32,000 bases of DNA from Promethearchaeum syntrophicum (GTDB lineage: Archaea > Asgardarchaeota > Lokiarchaeia > Sigyniarchaeales > Promethearchaeaceae), in assembly GCF_008000775.2 (NCBI RefSeq), contig NZ_CP042905.2:210001-242000 (forward strand), in the 5' to 3' direction. Made by a program: the position numbers and the translations under genes. The notes below the pieces were generated by a model. It worked only from the letters and a program-made list of their open reading frames with translations, did no database searches and was not told the DNA's origin. Shown piece by piece: positions 1 to 8,673 of this stretch (its first letter is position 1; every line of letters begins with the position of its first letter).

Positions 1-2
1 GT

Positions 3-674
3 GTACCAATTGAAGGAATCCAGGATTTTGAAGAAAAAGAAGGCAACAATGGAAAAAAATATCACAATTTATTTTCTGATAATCGATTTAAGACGCTTCT
101 AATTCCCGAAAAATCATTGCAAAGAAGAATTCATAATTTAGCTCAATCCATAGTCAAAAAAGGTGAAAAAGTTGATAAATATGAATTTTTAATAGTTTTA
201 ACTGGGGCTTTTATCTTCGGAGCAGATTTAGGCCGTGAAATTTATAAAATTTGTGGGATTGATGTAATCTTTCATACAGTTAAACTCTCTACATACCAAG
301 GTGAGATTAAAGGAAAAGGAGAACTCAGTCGCCAAGTGAAGTTTGAATTAGAACCTTTGGATATAGAAAATCGTGATATTATAATTGTTGAAGATATAAT
401 TGATCAAGGTTTCACACTAAACGCACTTAGAGAATATTTAATTAACAATAAGAAAGTTAAATCAGTGAAAATTTGCACTCTTCTATTAAAAAATTTGGAT
501 AATCCATCACAAGAGGTCATTCAATCAAGGAAAAATATTGAAAGTTATCTTGATTTTGTTGGATTTACCGTTCCAGATATTTGGGTAGCTGGATATGGCA
601 TTGATGCATCAAATGATTTCAGATCTCTTCCCTTTATAATTGGTGTAGATGAAAAATTCTATCTTTCAAATTGA
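3..674 (+). CDS. hpt: Hypoxanthine/guanine phosphoribosyltransferase (type I PRTase); 5' end unresolved
   Basis: The product has the PRPP-binding loop IIIVEDIIDQGFTL and HPRT-like flanks (FLIVLTGAFIFGADL, VGFTVPDIWVAGYGID). The frame stays open back to nt 3 with no stop. The only in-frame start candidate inside the window is TTG at 117, so the gene may begin upstream of the window. Confidence 0.8.
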   Translation, partial: VPIEGIQDFEEKEGNNGKKYHNLFSDNRFKTLLIPEKSLQRRIHNLAQSIVKKGEKVDKYEFLIVLTGAFIFGADLGREIYKICGIDVIFHTVKLSTYQGEIKGKGELSRQVKFELEPLDIENRDIIIVEDIIDQGFTLNALREYLINNKKVKSVKICTLLLKNLDNPSQEVIQSRKNIESYLDFVGFTVPDIWVAGYGIDASNDFRSLPFIIGVDEKFYLSN

Positions 675-708
675 AAGTTTTTTTAATTTATTTTAAACTG
701 TTCATATT

Positions 709-1290
709 ATGGATAATTCAATTGATATTCTTGACAAACAAATATCAAAAAGCCAATTTAAAGAGTTCTTATTAAAAAGAAATAAAGAATGGATTAAAAA
801 GAAAGATGGTTCATCAATAATTAATGGTTCTTTACGTGCTGTTGTATTGGGTTGCATTGATTCTCGAGTCCCTATTGAGAAAATTTTCCAAGCAAAACCA
901 GGAGAATTACTTGTTCTTAAAAATGCAGGTAATATAATAACATTGGATGTCTTAAGATCAATTTTAGTTGCAATCTATGAACTTGATGCAAAGTTTATAG
1001 TCATAATGGGCCATACAGAATGTGGTATGGCAATTCTTGATAATGAAAATAAGATTGATCATTTAAAAGAAAAATTGGGAGACAAATTGTTAGAAACTTT
1101 AGAAAAAATTGGAAACAAGGATCCTTTAGACTGGTTTGGATTCTTTAATCAAGGAAAATGGAATGAAAATGCTAAAGAACAAGCAAAATCTATTCAAAAA
1201 TTTTTAGATGAAAACATTCCTAAAGAGAATCAACCAGAAATTATTACTATGTTGTATAACCTTGAATCAGGGGAAGTGGAATTTATTTAG
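709..1290 (+). CDS. Beta-class carbonic anhydrase-like protein
   Basis: It shows the zinc-ligand pattern of beta-CAs: CIDSRVP (C-x-D-x-R), GHTECGM (H-x-x-C), and LVLKNAGN between them. The ATG start follows a T-rich spacer after hpt. Confidence 0.75.
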   Translation: MDNSIDILDKQISKSQFKEFLLKRNKEWIKKKDGSSIINGSLRAVVLGCIDSRVPIEKIFQAKPGELLVLKNAGNIITLDVLRSILVAIYELDAKFIVIMGHTECGMAILDNENKIDHLKEKLGDKLLETLEKIGNKDPLDWFGFFNQGKWNENAKEQAKSIQKFLDENIPKENQPEIITMLYNLESGEVEFI

Positions 1291-1337
1291 ATTAAATTTT
1301 TTTTTAATATTAGAGATTGAAAAAAAAAGGGACCAAA

Positions 1338-3143
1338 ATGAAAAAAATTCTTAAAAATGCGAATATAATTGATGTTGAAGATTTATCTATTAAATTAAGA
1401 AATATTATTATCGATAATGGAGAAATAGTAAACATTTTACAAGTAACTGAACAACTTCCAGAAAGTGAAAATATAATTGATTTAAAAGAACAGTATGTTT
1501 CTCCAGGTTTTATCGATTCTCATCTTCATATAGAATCAAGTATGATGCCTCCCTTAGAATTCGCAAAATATTCAGTAAAACATGGAACTACTTGCGCATT
1601 AGTTGATCCTCATGAAATTGCGAATGTTTTTGGGAAGGAAGGAATTAGATCTTGGATCGATCAAGCAAAATTAACTCCAATGGATATTTTTATTGGTATT
1701 CCTTCATGCGTCCCTGCAACTCACTTAGAAAATTCGGGTGCAGAGATAAATGTTAATGATATTAAAGAGTTTTTAAACCAACCCAATAATAAAAACAATC
1801 TAGTTTATGGTCTTGGAGAAATGATGAATTTTCCAGGTATTATACATGGATTTGGAGACGCTCGAGAGAAAGTTGATGCTGCAATTACTGCGGGTAAAAT
1901 CGTCGATGGACATTGCCCAGGTGTTACTGGCTCAGATCTAATTTCCTATATTTCAAATGGAAAAAATGATAATATTGTGCGAATAAGAAGTGATCATGAA
2001 TCTTCAACTGCATCTGAAGCTATTGAAAAAATAAATGCTGGAATGTTCATATCCTTACGGTATGGGAGTGCCACTAGAGATTTAGATAGGATTTTACCTG
2101 ATTTAATTGAATCAAATATTAATTTTCAACAAATTATGCTTTGTTCAGATGATTTATCACCTTCTGAATTATATCTAAGGGGTCATGTTGATAGAATAAT
2201 TAAACAAGCTCGAGATATATTTTTAGAGAAAACTAGGTTGACTTTAGAGCAAGCAACATGTAAGGCAATATCTTTAGCTACCTTAAATCCTGGTAAATAC
2301 ATTGAATCTTTCTTAAAGCTCACAAATCGACTCCCTATTGGAAAATTATCAAAAGGATATCAAGCGAATATCACTGTTTTTAAATCATTAGAATTGATGG
2401 ATATTTCATATGTTATGGTCAATGGAGAAATTGTTGTTAAAGATAATTCTCTTCAGAATGAGATACCATCATATGATTATTCAAAATTTCTTAATAGTGT
2501 CAATATCTCCAATAAAATAACAAATGATGATTTTATTATTCCTTATTATGGAAATAATTCAACAGTTTTAGCAAATGTTATTCAAACCACTCCAATTAGT
2601 TTAATTACTAACCATTTACAAATTGAAATACCAGTCCTTGAAATTAATGGTCAAAAACAAGTTGCTTCTAATCCAGATGCAGATATTTTAAAAATTGCTG
2701 TTTTTGATAGACATCATAGTACAGGATCTCATAGTATTGGATTAATTAAAGGAATTGGAATTAAAAAGGGCGCTATTGCTTCAACAGTTGCACATGATAA
2801 TCATAATTTAATAATTGTAGGAAGCGATGATGATTCTATGGCTAAAATCGCAAATTTTATGAGAGAAAGAGGCGGTGGTATGGCATCATTTGCACAAGAT
2901 AATCTGACCTATTTCCCTCTTCCAATTGCTGGGTTAATGTCTTCGGATTCAATTGAAAACATTGTAGAAAATTATAATAATGTCAAGAAAGCAGCTAGAA
3001 ATATGGGAAGTTCTCTTGAAAATGTTTTCATGACATTAAGTTTTATGGCGTTGGCAGTTATTCCAGAGATTAAGATTACTGACATGGGAATAGTAGATGT
3101 TAATTCATTTGAACTTATCGACCTTTTTGTTAAAGAGACTTAA
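1338..3143 (+). CDS. ade: Adenine deaminase (amidohydrolase superfamily)
   Basis: PGFIDSHLHIESSMMPP is the characteristic metal-binding H-x-H plus IESS motif of adenine deaminases. The roughly 600 aa length fits. The ORF track starts at TTG 1317, but ATG 1338 (MKKILKNANIIDV) is the more likely start. Confidence 0.85.
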   Translation: MKKILKNANIIDVEDLSIKLRNIIIDNGEIVNILQVTEQLPESENIIDLKEQYVSPGFIDSHLHIESSMMPPLEFAKYSVKHGTTCALVDPHEIANVFGKEGIRSWIDQAKLTPMDIFIGIPSCVPATHLENSGAEINVNDIKEFLNQPNNKNNLVYGLGEMMNFPGIIHGFGDAREKVDAAITAGKIVDGHCPGVTGSDLISYISNGKNDNIVRIRSDHESSTASEAIEKINAGMFISLRYGSATRDLDRILPDLIESNINFQQIMLCSDDLSPSELYLRGHVDRIIKQARDIFLEKTRLTLEQATCKAISLATLNPGKYIESFLKLTNRLPIGKLSKGYQANITVFKSLELMDISYVMVNGEIVVKDNSLQNEIPSYDYSKFLNSVNISNKITNDDFIIPYYGNNSTVLANVIQTTPISLITNHLQIEIPVLEINGQKQVASNPDADILKIAVFDRHHSTGSHSIGLIKGIGIKKGAIASTVAHDNHNLIIVGSDDDSMAKIANFMRERGGGMASFAQDNLTYFPLPIAGLMSSDSIENIVENYNNVKKAARNMGSSLENVFMTLSFMALAVIPEIKITDMGIVDVNSFELIDLFVKET

Positions 3144-3213
3144 AACACATATGATTCATATGGAGAAATTTCATTTTTTAAAAGAAATTAATACACCTAG
3201 AGGAAAGTGAAAC

Positions 3214-3327
3214 TTGAGTAATAAAACTAAGAAGAAAATCATTATTGCATGTGTTTTTGCTTTCGGATTTTTATTAGGATTTGGTTTTTCTTATATTAAT
3301 CAATTTATCCAACAAATCGCGGGATAA
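3214..3327 (+). CDS. Candidate small membrane protein (37 aa), unannotated in the ORF track
   Basis: A TTG-initiated ORF encodes LSNKTKKKIIIACVFAFGFLLGFGFSYINQFIQQIAG, a basic N-terminus followed by one hydrophobic helix. A purine-rich agaggaaag lies a few nt upstream. There is no homology evidence. Confidence 0.25.
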   Translation: MSNKTKKKIIIACVFAFGFLLGFGFSYINQFIQQIAG

Positions 3328-3340
3328 TTATGGTGTTTTT

Positions 3341-4513
3341 ATGGAAAAAAAACCGGGAAAAAAATATTTAAGAAATCAAATTCGAGCAACCACAATCATT
3401 TTTTGGCTGATATTCGGATTTATTGGAGGATCAGCAATTGGAGAGTTGATTTTTCAGGATTCAGAGAAAGATGTAGTCAAATTAACAATGGTCTATTCAA
3501 GCGAAAAATCTTCATGGATTTCTGAAACTTCCAGCTTATTTCAAGAATATTGGGAAGAAAAACGTCAATTAGATCCATCTTTAAAACCAATTAATCTTGA
3601 TTTTCAACCTTATGGTTCAGGGGGTTCATTAATTTCTTTATTGAATGGCGAAATTAAACCTGTAATTTGGTCTCCAGCTTCAAACATATGGGTACCTCTT
3701 TTAAATTCGAAATGGTCACAAATTAATTTTGATGCAGAATTAATCGCGCCTAATTTCACACGTTTAATATATTCTCCTGTAGTGATCGCAGTTTGGGAGG
3801 ATTTCTACGATTCATATCCTTTTAATGGTTTCAATGAGCTACATGATCTCATTGAGGGAAATCCTAATCTTATTAAAATGGCTCATACTGATCCTAGAGC
3901 CTCAAATAGTGGGTTTATGGCAACAATAATGATGGTCAGCGGATTTTTAAATATGGATCCTTCAGAAGTTACATTAGATAATATTTCTAATAATGATGTA
4001 ATAAATTGGATGAGAGTAATTGAGAGTACAGCAATATTTTATGGAGAATCTACAGGATTTCTTGGTAAATACATGAGAGATCAAGGTCCTGATGCACTAC
4101 AAATTGCGATTTTATACGAAAATTTAGTACAAGATTATAGTATTCCCGCTGAAGAGAAATATGGACAGAAAATTAAAGCAATATATCCAATTGAAGGTTC
4201 ACTTTATTCTGATCACCCTTTTTGCATTTTAAATGCAGATTGGATAACAGCCGAGCAAAGAATGGTTGCTGAGGAATACCTTTCTTTCCTACAAAGGGAT
4301 GATATGATTGTAAAAGCAATTTCCACAGGATTTAGACCGATTAACAATTCTCTTTTAGAAGATCCAATGATAAATGAAATATACAATTTATCTTTTAATG
4401 AGGAACACGGAGTGACATCTGATCCATCCTTAATATTAGAGTTATTTCCTCCAACTGATGGAACCGTGATTGCCAGAATCCCAGATTTATGGTTATTAAC
4501 TAGAAATACATAA
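3341..4513 (+). CDS. ABC transporter substrate-binding protein, N-terminally membrane-anchored (type II periplasmic-binding fold, oxyanion-binder-like)
   Basis: ATG 3341 gives MEKKPGKKYLRNQIRATTIIFWLIFGFIGGSAIG, a basic stretch plus a TM anchor. The body (KLTMVYSSEKSSW..., PYGSGGSLISLLNGEIKPVIWSPASNIW) resembles SBP_bac_11-type binding proteins as I recall them. It sits directly upstream of the permease and ATPases. The extension to 3281 in the ORF track is unlikely. Confidence 0.65.
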   Translation: MEKKPGKKYLRNQIRATTIIFWLIFGFIGGSAIGELIFQDSEKDVVKLTMVYSSEKSSWISETSSLFQEYWEEKRQLDPSLKPINLDFQPYGSGGSLISLLNGEIKPVIWSPASNIWVPLLNSKWSQINFDAELIAPNFTRLIYSPVVIAVWEDFYDSYPFNGFNELHDLIEGNPNLIKMAHTDPRASNSGFMATIMMVSGFLNMDPSEVTLDNISNNDVINWMRVIESTAIFYGESTGFLGKYMRDQGPDALQIAILYENLVQDYSIPAEEKYGQKIKAIYPIEGSLYSDHPFCILNADWITAEQRMVAEEYLSFLQRDDMIVKAISTGFRPINNSLLEDPMINEIYNLSFNEEHGVTSDPSLILELFPPTDGTVIARIPDLWLLTRNT

Positions 4514-4775
4514 TAAAACAGGAGATGAACTGAATATCGCAATATCTACTGAATTCAATAACAAAAAAAGAAAAAAACCAATTCTAATTCAAATAGAGAA
4601 TTATTTATCTAAGAATAAATTTAAAATCGCTTTAGAAGTAATTGTAATTGGTTTTTTTATCATTATTATCACTGCACCCATCATTAATATTCTAAGTAAT
4701 GTAATAGATAATGTTGGTGAAATTCGAGAGCGGCTTTTTGAAGATGTATTACTTGGAAATCTTGAATGGAAGAAT

Positions 4776-6197
4776 ATGTTGAGTGCTTTATGGGAATCTT
4801 TTTCAATTGCTTTCATTGCAGTTGGAATTGATATAATTATTGGTTTTCCAATAGCAATTTTATTAACACGTGGTAATTTTCCAGGCAAAAAACTATTAGA
4901 TGGGCTTGTAGACCTTCCAATGGCAGTCCCTACCAGTGCTTTAGGTTTCTCAATAATGATATTTTGGGCGATTTTCAATATTACTCCTGGAAAAATTTTA
5001 ATTATTTTTGTTCATATTGCTTTTACATATCCATATATTGTTAGAAATCTTAAAATTGCAATAGAAAAGGTAAATCCTCTTTTAGAAAAAGCAGCTATGA
5101 CGCTTTCTGCTTCAAAATTAACAGTTTTTAAGACAATTTCTTTTCCACTAATTAGAGAAGGCTTGGTTGCGGGGGCAATTTTGGCTTTTACAAGATCCTT
5201 GGGAGAAACTGGAGCTACAATGATTTGTGCAGGATTAATCGAAACTGCTCCAATTATGGTTGTTGGATTACGTAAACAAACATATTTCTCAAGTGCCTCA
5301 TTTCTTTCATTGATTTTAATTTTAATTTCACTTTGTTTGTTGGTTATTGTTAAATTACTTGCACGAAGAAATGTAGCTCAGAAAGAATTTTGGCAAATTC
5401 ATCTTAAATGGGAAAAATATTTATCAAAACCAATATTCACAAGAGGATTAAAAATATTTAGTGGCTTGTTGATGCTAATTTTCATACTGATACCTTCTTT
5501 TTTTATTGTAACTCAAATCGCTCCTCAATTACTCGGTGAGGAATTATTCGGTGCTGATAATAAATGGGCCCACTTATGGATTTCATTAGTAAATTCTTTT
5601 CAAATAGGGTTTCTTGTTGTAATTATAGATGTCCTTATTGGATTACCTTTCGCTTTTATTTTAACTAGAGAGAAATGGGGAAAAATCCAAAATATAATGG
5701 ACACAATATTGGATATTCCATTAACTATTCCGAGTGCAGCTTTAGGGTTTGCTGTATTCTTGTTTTGGGGCCCCGCAGGTCTAAATTTTGCTCAACCTGG
5801 TTTTTTTATGATTATATTTGTTCATATGACTTTTACTTTTCCCTATGTTGTTAGACCGATAGCAGCAACTATAAAAACAGTAAAAATTGGACATGAAGAA
5901 GCCAGTGCTACATTGGGGGCAGCACCTCTTACCACATTTAGAAAAATAACTCTCCCTGCAATAAAAAATGGAATAATTGCGGGTATGATTGCAGCATTTA
6001 CTAGAAGTTTAGGGGAGACTGGAGCAACATTAATTGTAATGGGCCCGGATAGAACTATTCCAGTCCAAATTGTTGATTGGGTAGAAGCTAATGCTTTTCC
6101 TTCTGCTGCATTAGCAAGCGTTTTAGTTATTTTGTTAAGTGCTGTTCTACTTTTCTTATTACGAATTATTTCACCAGCAAAAAAAGATAGCTTATAA
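4776..6197 (+). CDS. ABC transporter permease, fused double-domain (two MetI-like modules)
   Basis: The EAA-type loop occurs twice: LEKAAMTLSASKLTVFKTISFPLI...FTRSLGETGATMI and HEEASATLGAAPLTTFRKITLPAI...FTRSLGETGATLIV. There are many hydrophobic helices. The first canonical start is ATG 4776, but the frame is open from 4500 and encodes a further TM helix (see findings). Confidence 0.85.
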   Translation: MLSALWESFSIAFIAVGIDIIIGFPIAILLTRGNFPGKKLLDGLVDLPMAVPTSALGFSIMIFWAIFNITPGKILIIFVHIAFTYPYIVRNLKIAIEKVNPLLEKAAMTLSASKLTVFKTISFPLIREGLVAGAILAFTRSLGETGATMICAGLIETAPIMVVGLRKQTYFSSASFLSLILILISLCLLVIVKLLARRNVAQKEFWQIHLKWEKYLSKPIFTRGLKIFSGLLMLIFILIPSFFIVTQIAPQLLGEELFGADNKWAHLWISLVNSFQIGFLVVIIDVLIGLPFAFILTREKWGKIQNIMDTILDIPLTIPSAALGFAVFLFWGPAGLNFAQPGFFMIIFVHMTFTFPYVVRPIAATIKTVKIGHEEASATLGAAPLTTFRKITLPAIKNGIIAGMIAAFTRSLGETGATLIVMGPDRTIPVQIVDWVEANAFPSAALASVLVILLSAVLLFLLRIISPAKKDSL

Positions 6198-6215
6198 AAA
6201 AATGGAGACAATGAG

Positions 6216-7361
6216 ATGCCGGATATATTATTAAAAAACATAACCAAAACCTTTGATGAAGGTCGAGTAATAGCTGTATCTGAAGTAAATTTAGCTATAA
6301 ATGAAGGTGATTATGTTTTTATATTAGGTCCCAGTGGTTGTGGAAAAACCACACTACTAAGAACAATTTCTGGCTTAATTCAACCTACATTTGGTAATAT
6401 TCTGTTGGATGGTTTAGATGTTACCGATAATTCTCCCCAATCACGAGAAATAGCTTTTGTTTTTCAAGATTTTAATATATTTCCAATTTCCGTTTGGGAA
6501 AATTGCACTTATGCTCTGAATGTGCAAGGATATGATAGCGATTATATCATTGAACAAGGAGAAAAAGCTTTAAAAATTGTTGGTTTAGAAGATCGCGCTG
6601 ATGAAATTCCAATTGGATGGGGAAATGGAGATTTACAGAGAATAGGAATTGCACGTGCTATTTGTAGTGGAGCAAAAATTCTAATCATGGACGAACCCTT
6701 AGGTTCATTAGATCCAAAAATTAGTGCTGAATTCAGATGGGAACTTCGAAATATAATTAAAGATTCTAATCTAACTGCAATTCAAGTTACTCACAATCAA
6801 GAAGAAGCTATGGCTGTTGGGGATTATATAATAGTTATGCGAGATGGAAGAATTTTGCAGCAAGATTCCCCAAAACAATTGTATAGATTTCCAAATTCCC
6901 TTTTTGTTGGAAATTTTTTGGGAGGTTTAAATATTTTAGAAGGTTACGTCAATCATATAAATCTACCTATTAATTATTCAACCAAAATCAGATTAGGTGG
7001 TCCTAAATTTGATGTAATTTCTAAAGAGATTCAATTTAATTTAGATGAAAATGTAATTATCGCTGTTCGACCTGAAGATATCTATGTTTTTCCAAATAAT
7101 TATGACTATGAAGCATCTGAAACAAATTGGGAAGAAATTACATTATTTGAAGCCAAAGTTCTTGAAAAATTCCTCACAGGGAAGGAATTAGTATATATAA
7201 TAGAATTAGATAATGGAGATACCCTAAAAGTTGTTAAACCCGAAGTTTTTAAGTATAATTTATCAATTGGAGAAAAAATTTTTGCTGGAATTTTCACTAA
7301 ACAAGATCTAAGGATATTCAAATATCCTTTAAATTTACAAAAAGAAATGGATCTGCAATAA
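6216..7361 (+). CDS. ABC transporter ATP-binding protein 1 (degenerate signature motif, C-terminal TOBE/MalK-like extension)
   Basis: Walker A is GPSGCGKTT, the Q-loop is VFQDFNIFP, Walker B is ILIMDEPLGSLD and the H-loop is QVTHNQEEA. At the LSGGQ position it reads GWGNGDLQRIGIARA. Confidence 0.9.
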   Translation: MPDILLKNITKTFDEGRVIAVSEVNLAINEGDYVFILGPSGCGKTTLLRTISGLIQPTFGNILLDGLDVTDNSPQSREIAFVFQDFNIFPISVWENCTYALNVQGYDSDYIIEQGEKALKIVGLEDRADEIPIGWGNGDLQRIGIARAICSGAKILIMDEPLGSLDPKISAEFRWELRNIIKDSNLTAIQVTHNQEEAMAVGDYIIVMRDGRILQQDSPKQLYRFPNSLFVGNFLGGLNILEGYVNHINLPINYSTKIRLGGPKFDVISKEIQFNLDENVIIAVRPEDIYVFPNNYDYEASETNWEEITLFEAKVLEKFLTGKELVYIIELDNGDTLKVVKPEVFKYNLSIGEKIFAGIFTKQDLRIFKYPLNLQKEMDLQ

Positions 7362-7382
7362 AATTATGGAGGATGATGAAAA

Positions 7383-8600
7383 ATGGTTAGAATTAGATTA
7401 GAAAATGTCTTTTTCAATAGAAATAATGTTCAAATTCTCTCAAATATAAATCTAACAATTGAAGATCAAGAATACCTAATTATCGTTGGTCCTACAGGTG
7501 CGGGAAAAACTAGTCTTATAGGATTAATTTCGGGATTGTACAAACCTACTTCAGGAAAAATATTTTTTGATGACGAAGACATTACTAATTTACCCCCAAA
7601 TGAAAGAAATTGTGGAGTTATGTTTGAATCTTATGCCCTTTTTCCACATTTAAACGTTTTAGATAATGTGAGTTATGCACGTCATATGCAAACAAATGAT
7701 CATACGGAAACGTATTCGATTGCTGAACAAATACTACACCTCGTTCGACTTTCTGGAAGAGAAGAAGCATTACCCTCCGAATGCTCAGGAGGGATGCAAC
7801 AGAGAGTTGCTTTAGCGCGTTCTATTATGGCATTAAGTAAGGGAGGAGTAATCATACTTGATGAACCATTCAAAGCTTTAGACGCGGGATTAAGACAAAA
7901 TTTAAGAAGAGAAGTAAAAAAAATTGCTAAAAGTAAACATCTAAACTTGACCACAATTCATATTACAAATGATATGCAAGAAGCAATGATGGGAGATAAA
8001 ATTGTAGTTTTAGATGAAGGGAAAATTAGACAAATTGGAACTCCTGAAGATGTAATGTATTCTCCAATAGACTTGTTTATTGCTAATTTTTTTAGCACTG
8101 AATTAAATCATTTTTCGGGAAAAATCCTAAGCATTGAGGAAATTCCAATTTCAGGTTTTAAAAATAAACCACTCCAAAAAGTTATTATGCAATCTGAAGA
8201 GGGTTATATCCTCTTCGCGAAAACTGAAAAAAAATTCAATATTGGAGATGAAGTTACCTTTATCATTCGCTCCCAATATTTCAAAGCAAGACATAAAAAG
8301 CGCGTAGATAAAACAAATAGTATTTATGGAACTATTAAACGCGTAAAATTCATGGGTGCTTGGTTAAGATTAGAAATAGAAGCACCTTATAATATTGAAA
8401 ACCTTCAAATTTTGAAGAAAAATCAAAATGAAAACTCGAACGCTAACACGAATAAAATATTAAAAATTGAAGTCCCTACAACCTATATTACGAAACATGA
8501 TTTCATTGTCGGACAAACCGTTACGGCTTTCTACCACAGCCAATATGCAATCATATTTCCAAAAATCAATGATATCGATGAAATACTTAAGGTTCATTAA
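7383..8600 (+). CDS. ABC transporter ATP-binding protein 2 (degenerate Q-loop and H-loop)
   Basis: Walker A is GPTGAGKTS, the signature is CSGGMQQRVALARSI and Walker B is VIILDEPFKALD. The Q-loop position reads MFESYALFP (E instead of Q). The H-loop position reads HITNDMQEA (N where the catalytic His is expected). Confidence 0.9.
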   Translation: MVRIRLENVFFNRNNVQILSNINLTIEDQEYLIIVGPTGAGKTSLIGLISGLYKPTSGKIFFDDEDITNLPPNERNCGVMFESYALFPHLNVLDNVSYARHMQTNDHTETYSIAEQILHLVRLSGREEALPSECSGGMQQRVALARSIMALSKGGVIILDEPFKALDAGLRQNLRREVKKIAKSKHLNLTTIHITNDMQEAMMGDKIVVLDEGKIRQIGTPEDVMYSPIDLFIANFFSTELNHFSGKILSIEEIPISGFKNKPLQKVIMQSEEGYILFAKTEKKFNIGDEVTFIIRSQYFKARHKKRVDKTNSIYGTIKRVKFMGAWLRLEIEAPYNIENLQILKKNQNENSNANTNKILKIEVPTTYITKHDFIVGQTVTAFYHSQYAIIFPKINDIDEILKVH

Positions 8601-8673
8601 ATTAAAAAAATATAATCAGAAAACTAAAAACTATAAAAAAACCCTATAAATTAGAAAAAAAAGTGAAAAAAAA

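Noticed and set aside
1317-1337. Upstream TTG starts proposed by the ORF track (1317 for ade; similarly 3281 for the binding protein and 11054 for the GTPase)
   Set aside because: Downstream ATGs (1338, 3341, 11105) give N-termini typical of the families. For example, the G1 loop sits right at the GTPase N-terminus, and a basic stretch plus TM anchor begins the SBP. The 11054/11069 alternatives are kept open in the findings.
1-3143. hpt - beta-CA - adenine deaminase as an unusual functional unit; also the co-occurrence of beta- and gamma-CA-like genes (709-1290 and 17882-18406)
   Set aside because: Purine salvage genes commonly cluster. The CA-like genes are 16 kb apart with unrelated neighbours, and gamma-CA-like LbH proteins often have non-CA roles. 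Nothing in the sequence links them.
4213-4542. 109-aa minus-strand ORF overlapping the 3' end of the binding-protein gene
   Set aside because: It lies entirely antisense to a well-supported CDS and has no motif. It looks like a typical shadow ORF in AT-rich DNA.
4601-4978. 125-aa minus-strand ORF across the permease 5' region
   Set aside because: It is antisense to the open permease frame, which encodes a sensible TM helix. Its low-complexity product has no motif.
5843-6247. 134-aa minus-strand ORF over the permease 3' end
   Set aside because: It is a shadow of the second EAA/TM region of the permease, and the + strand product has clear family motifs.
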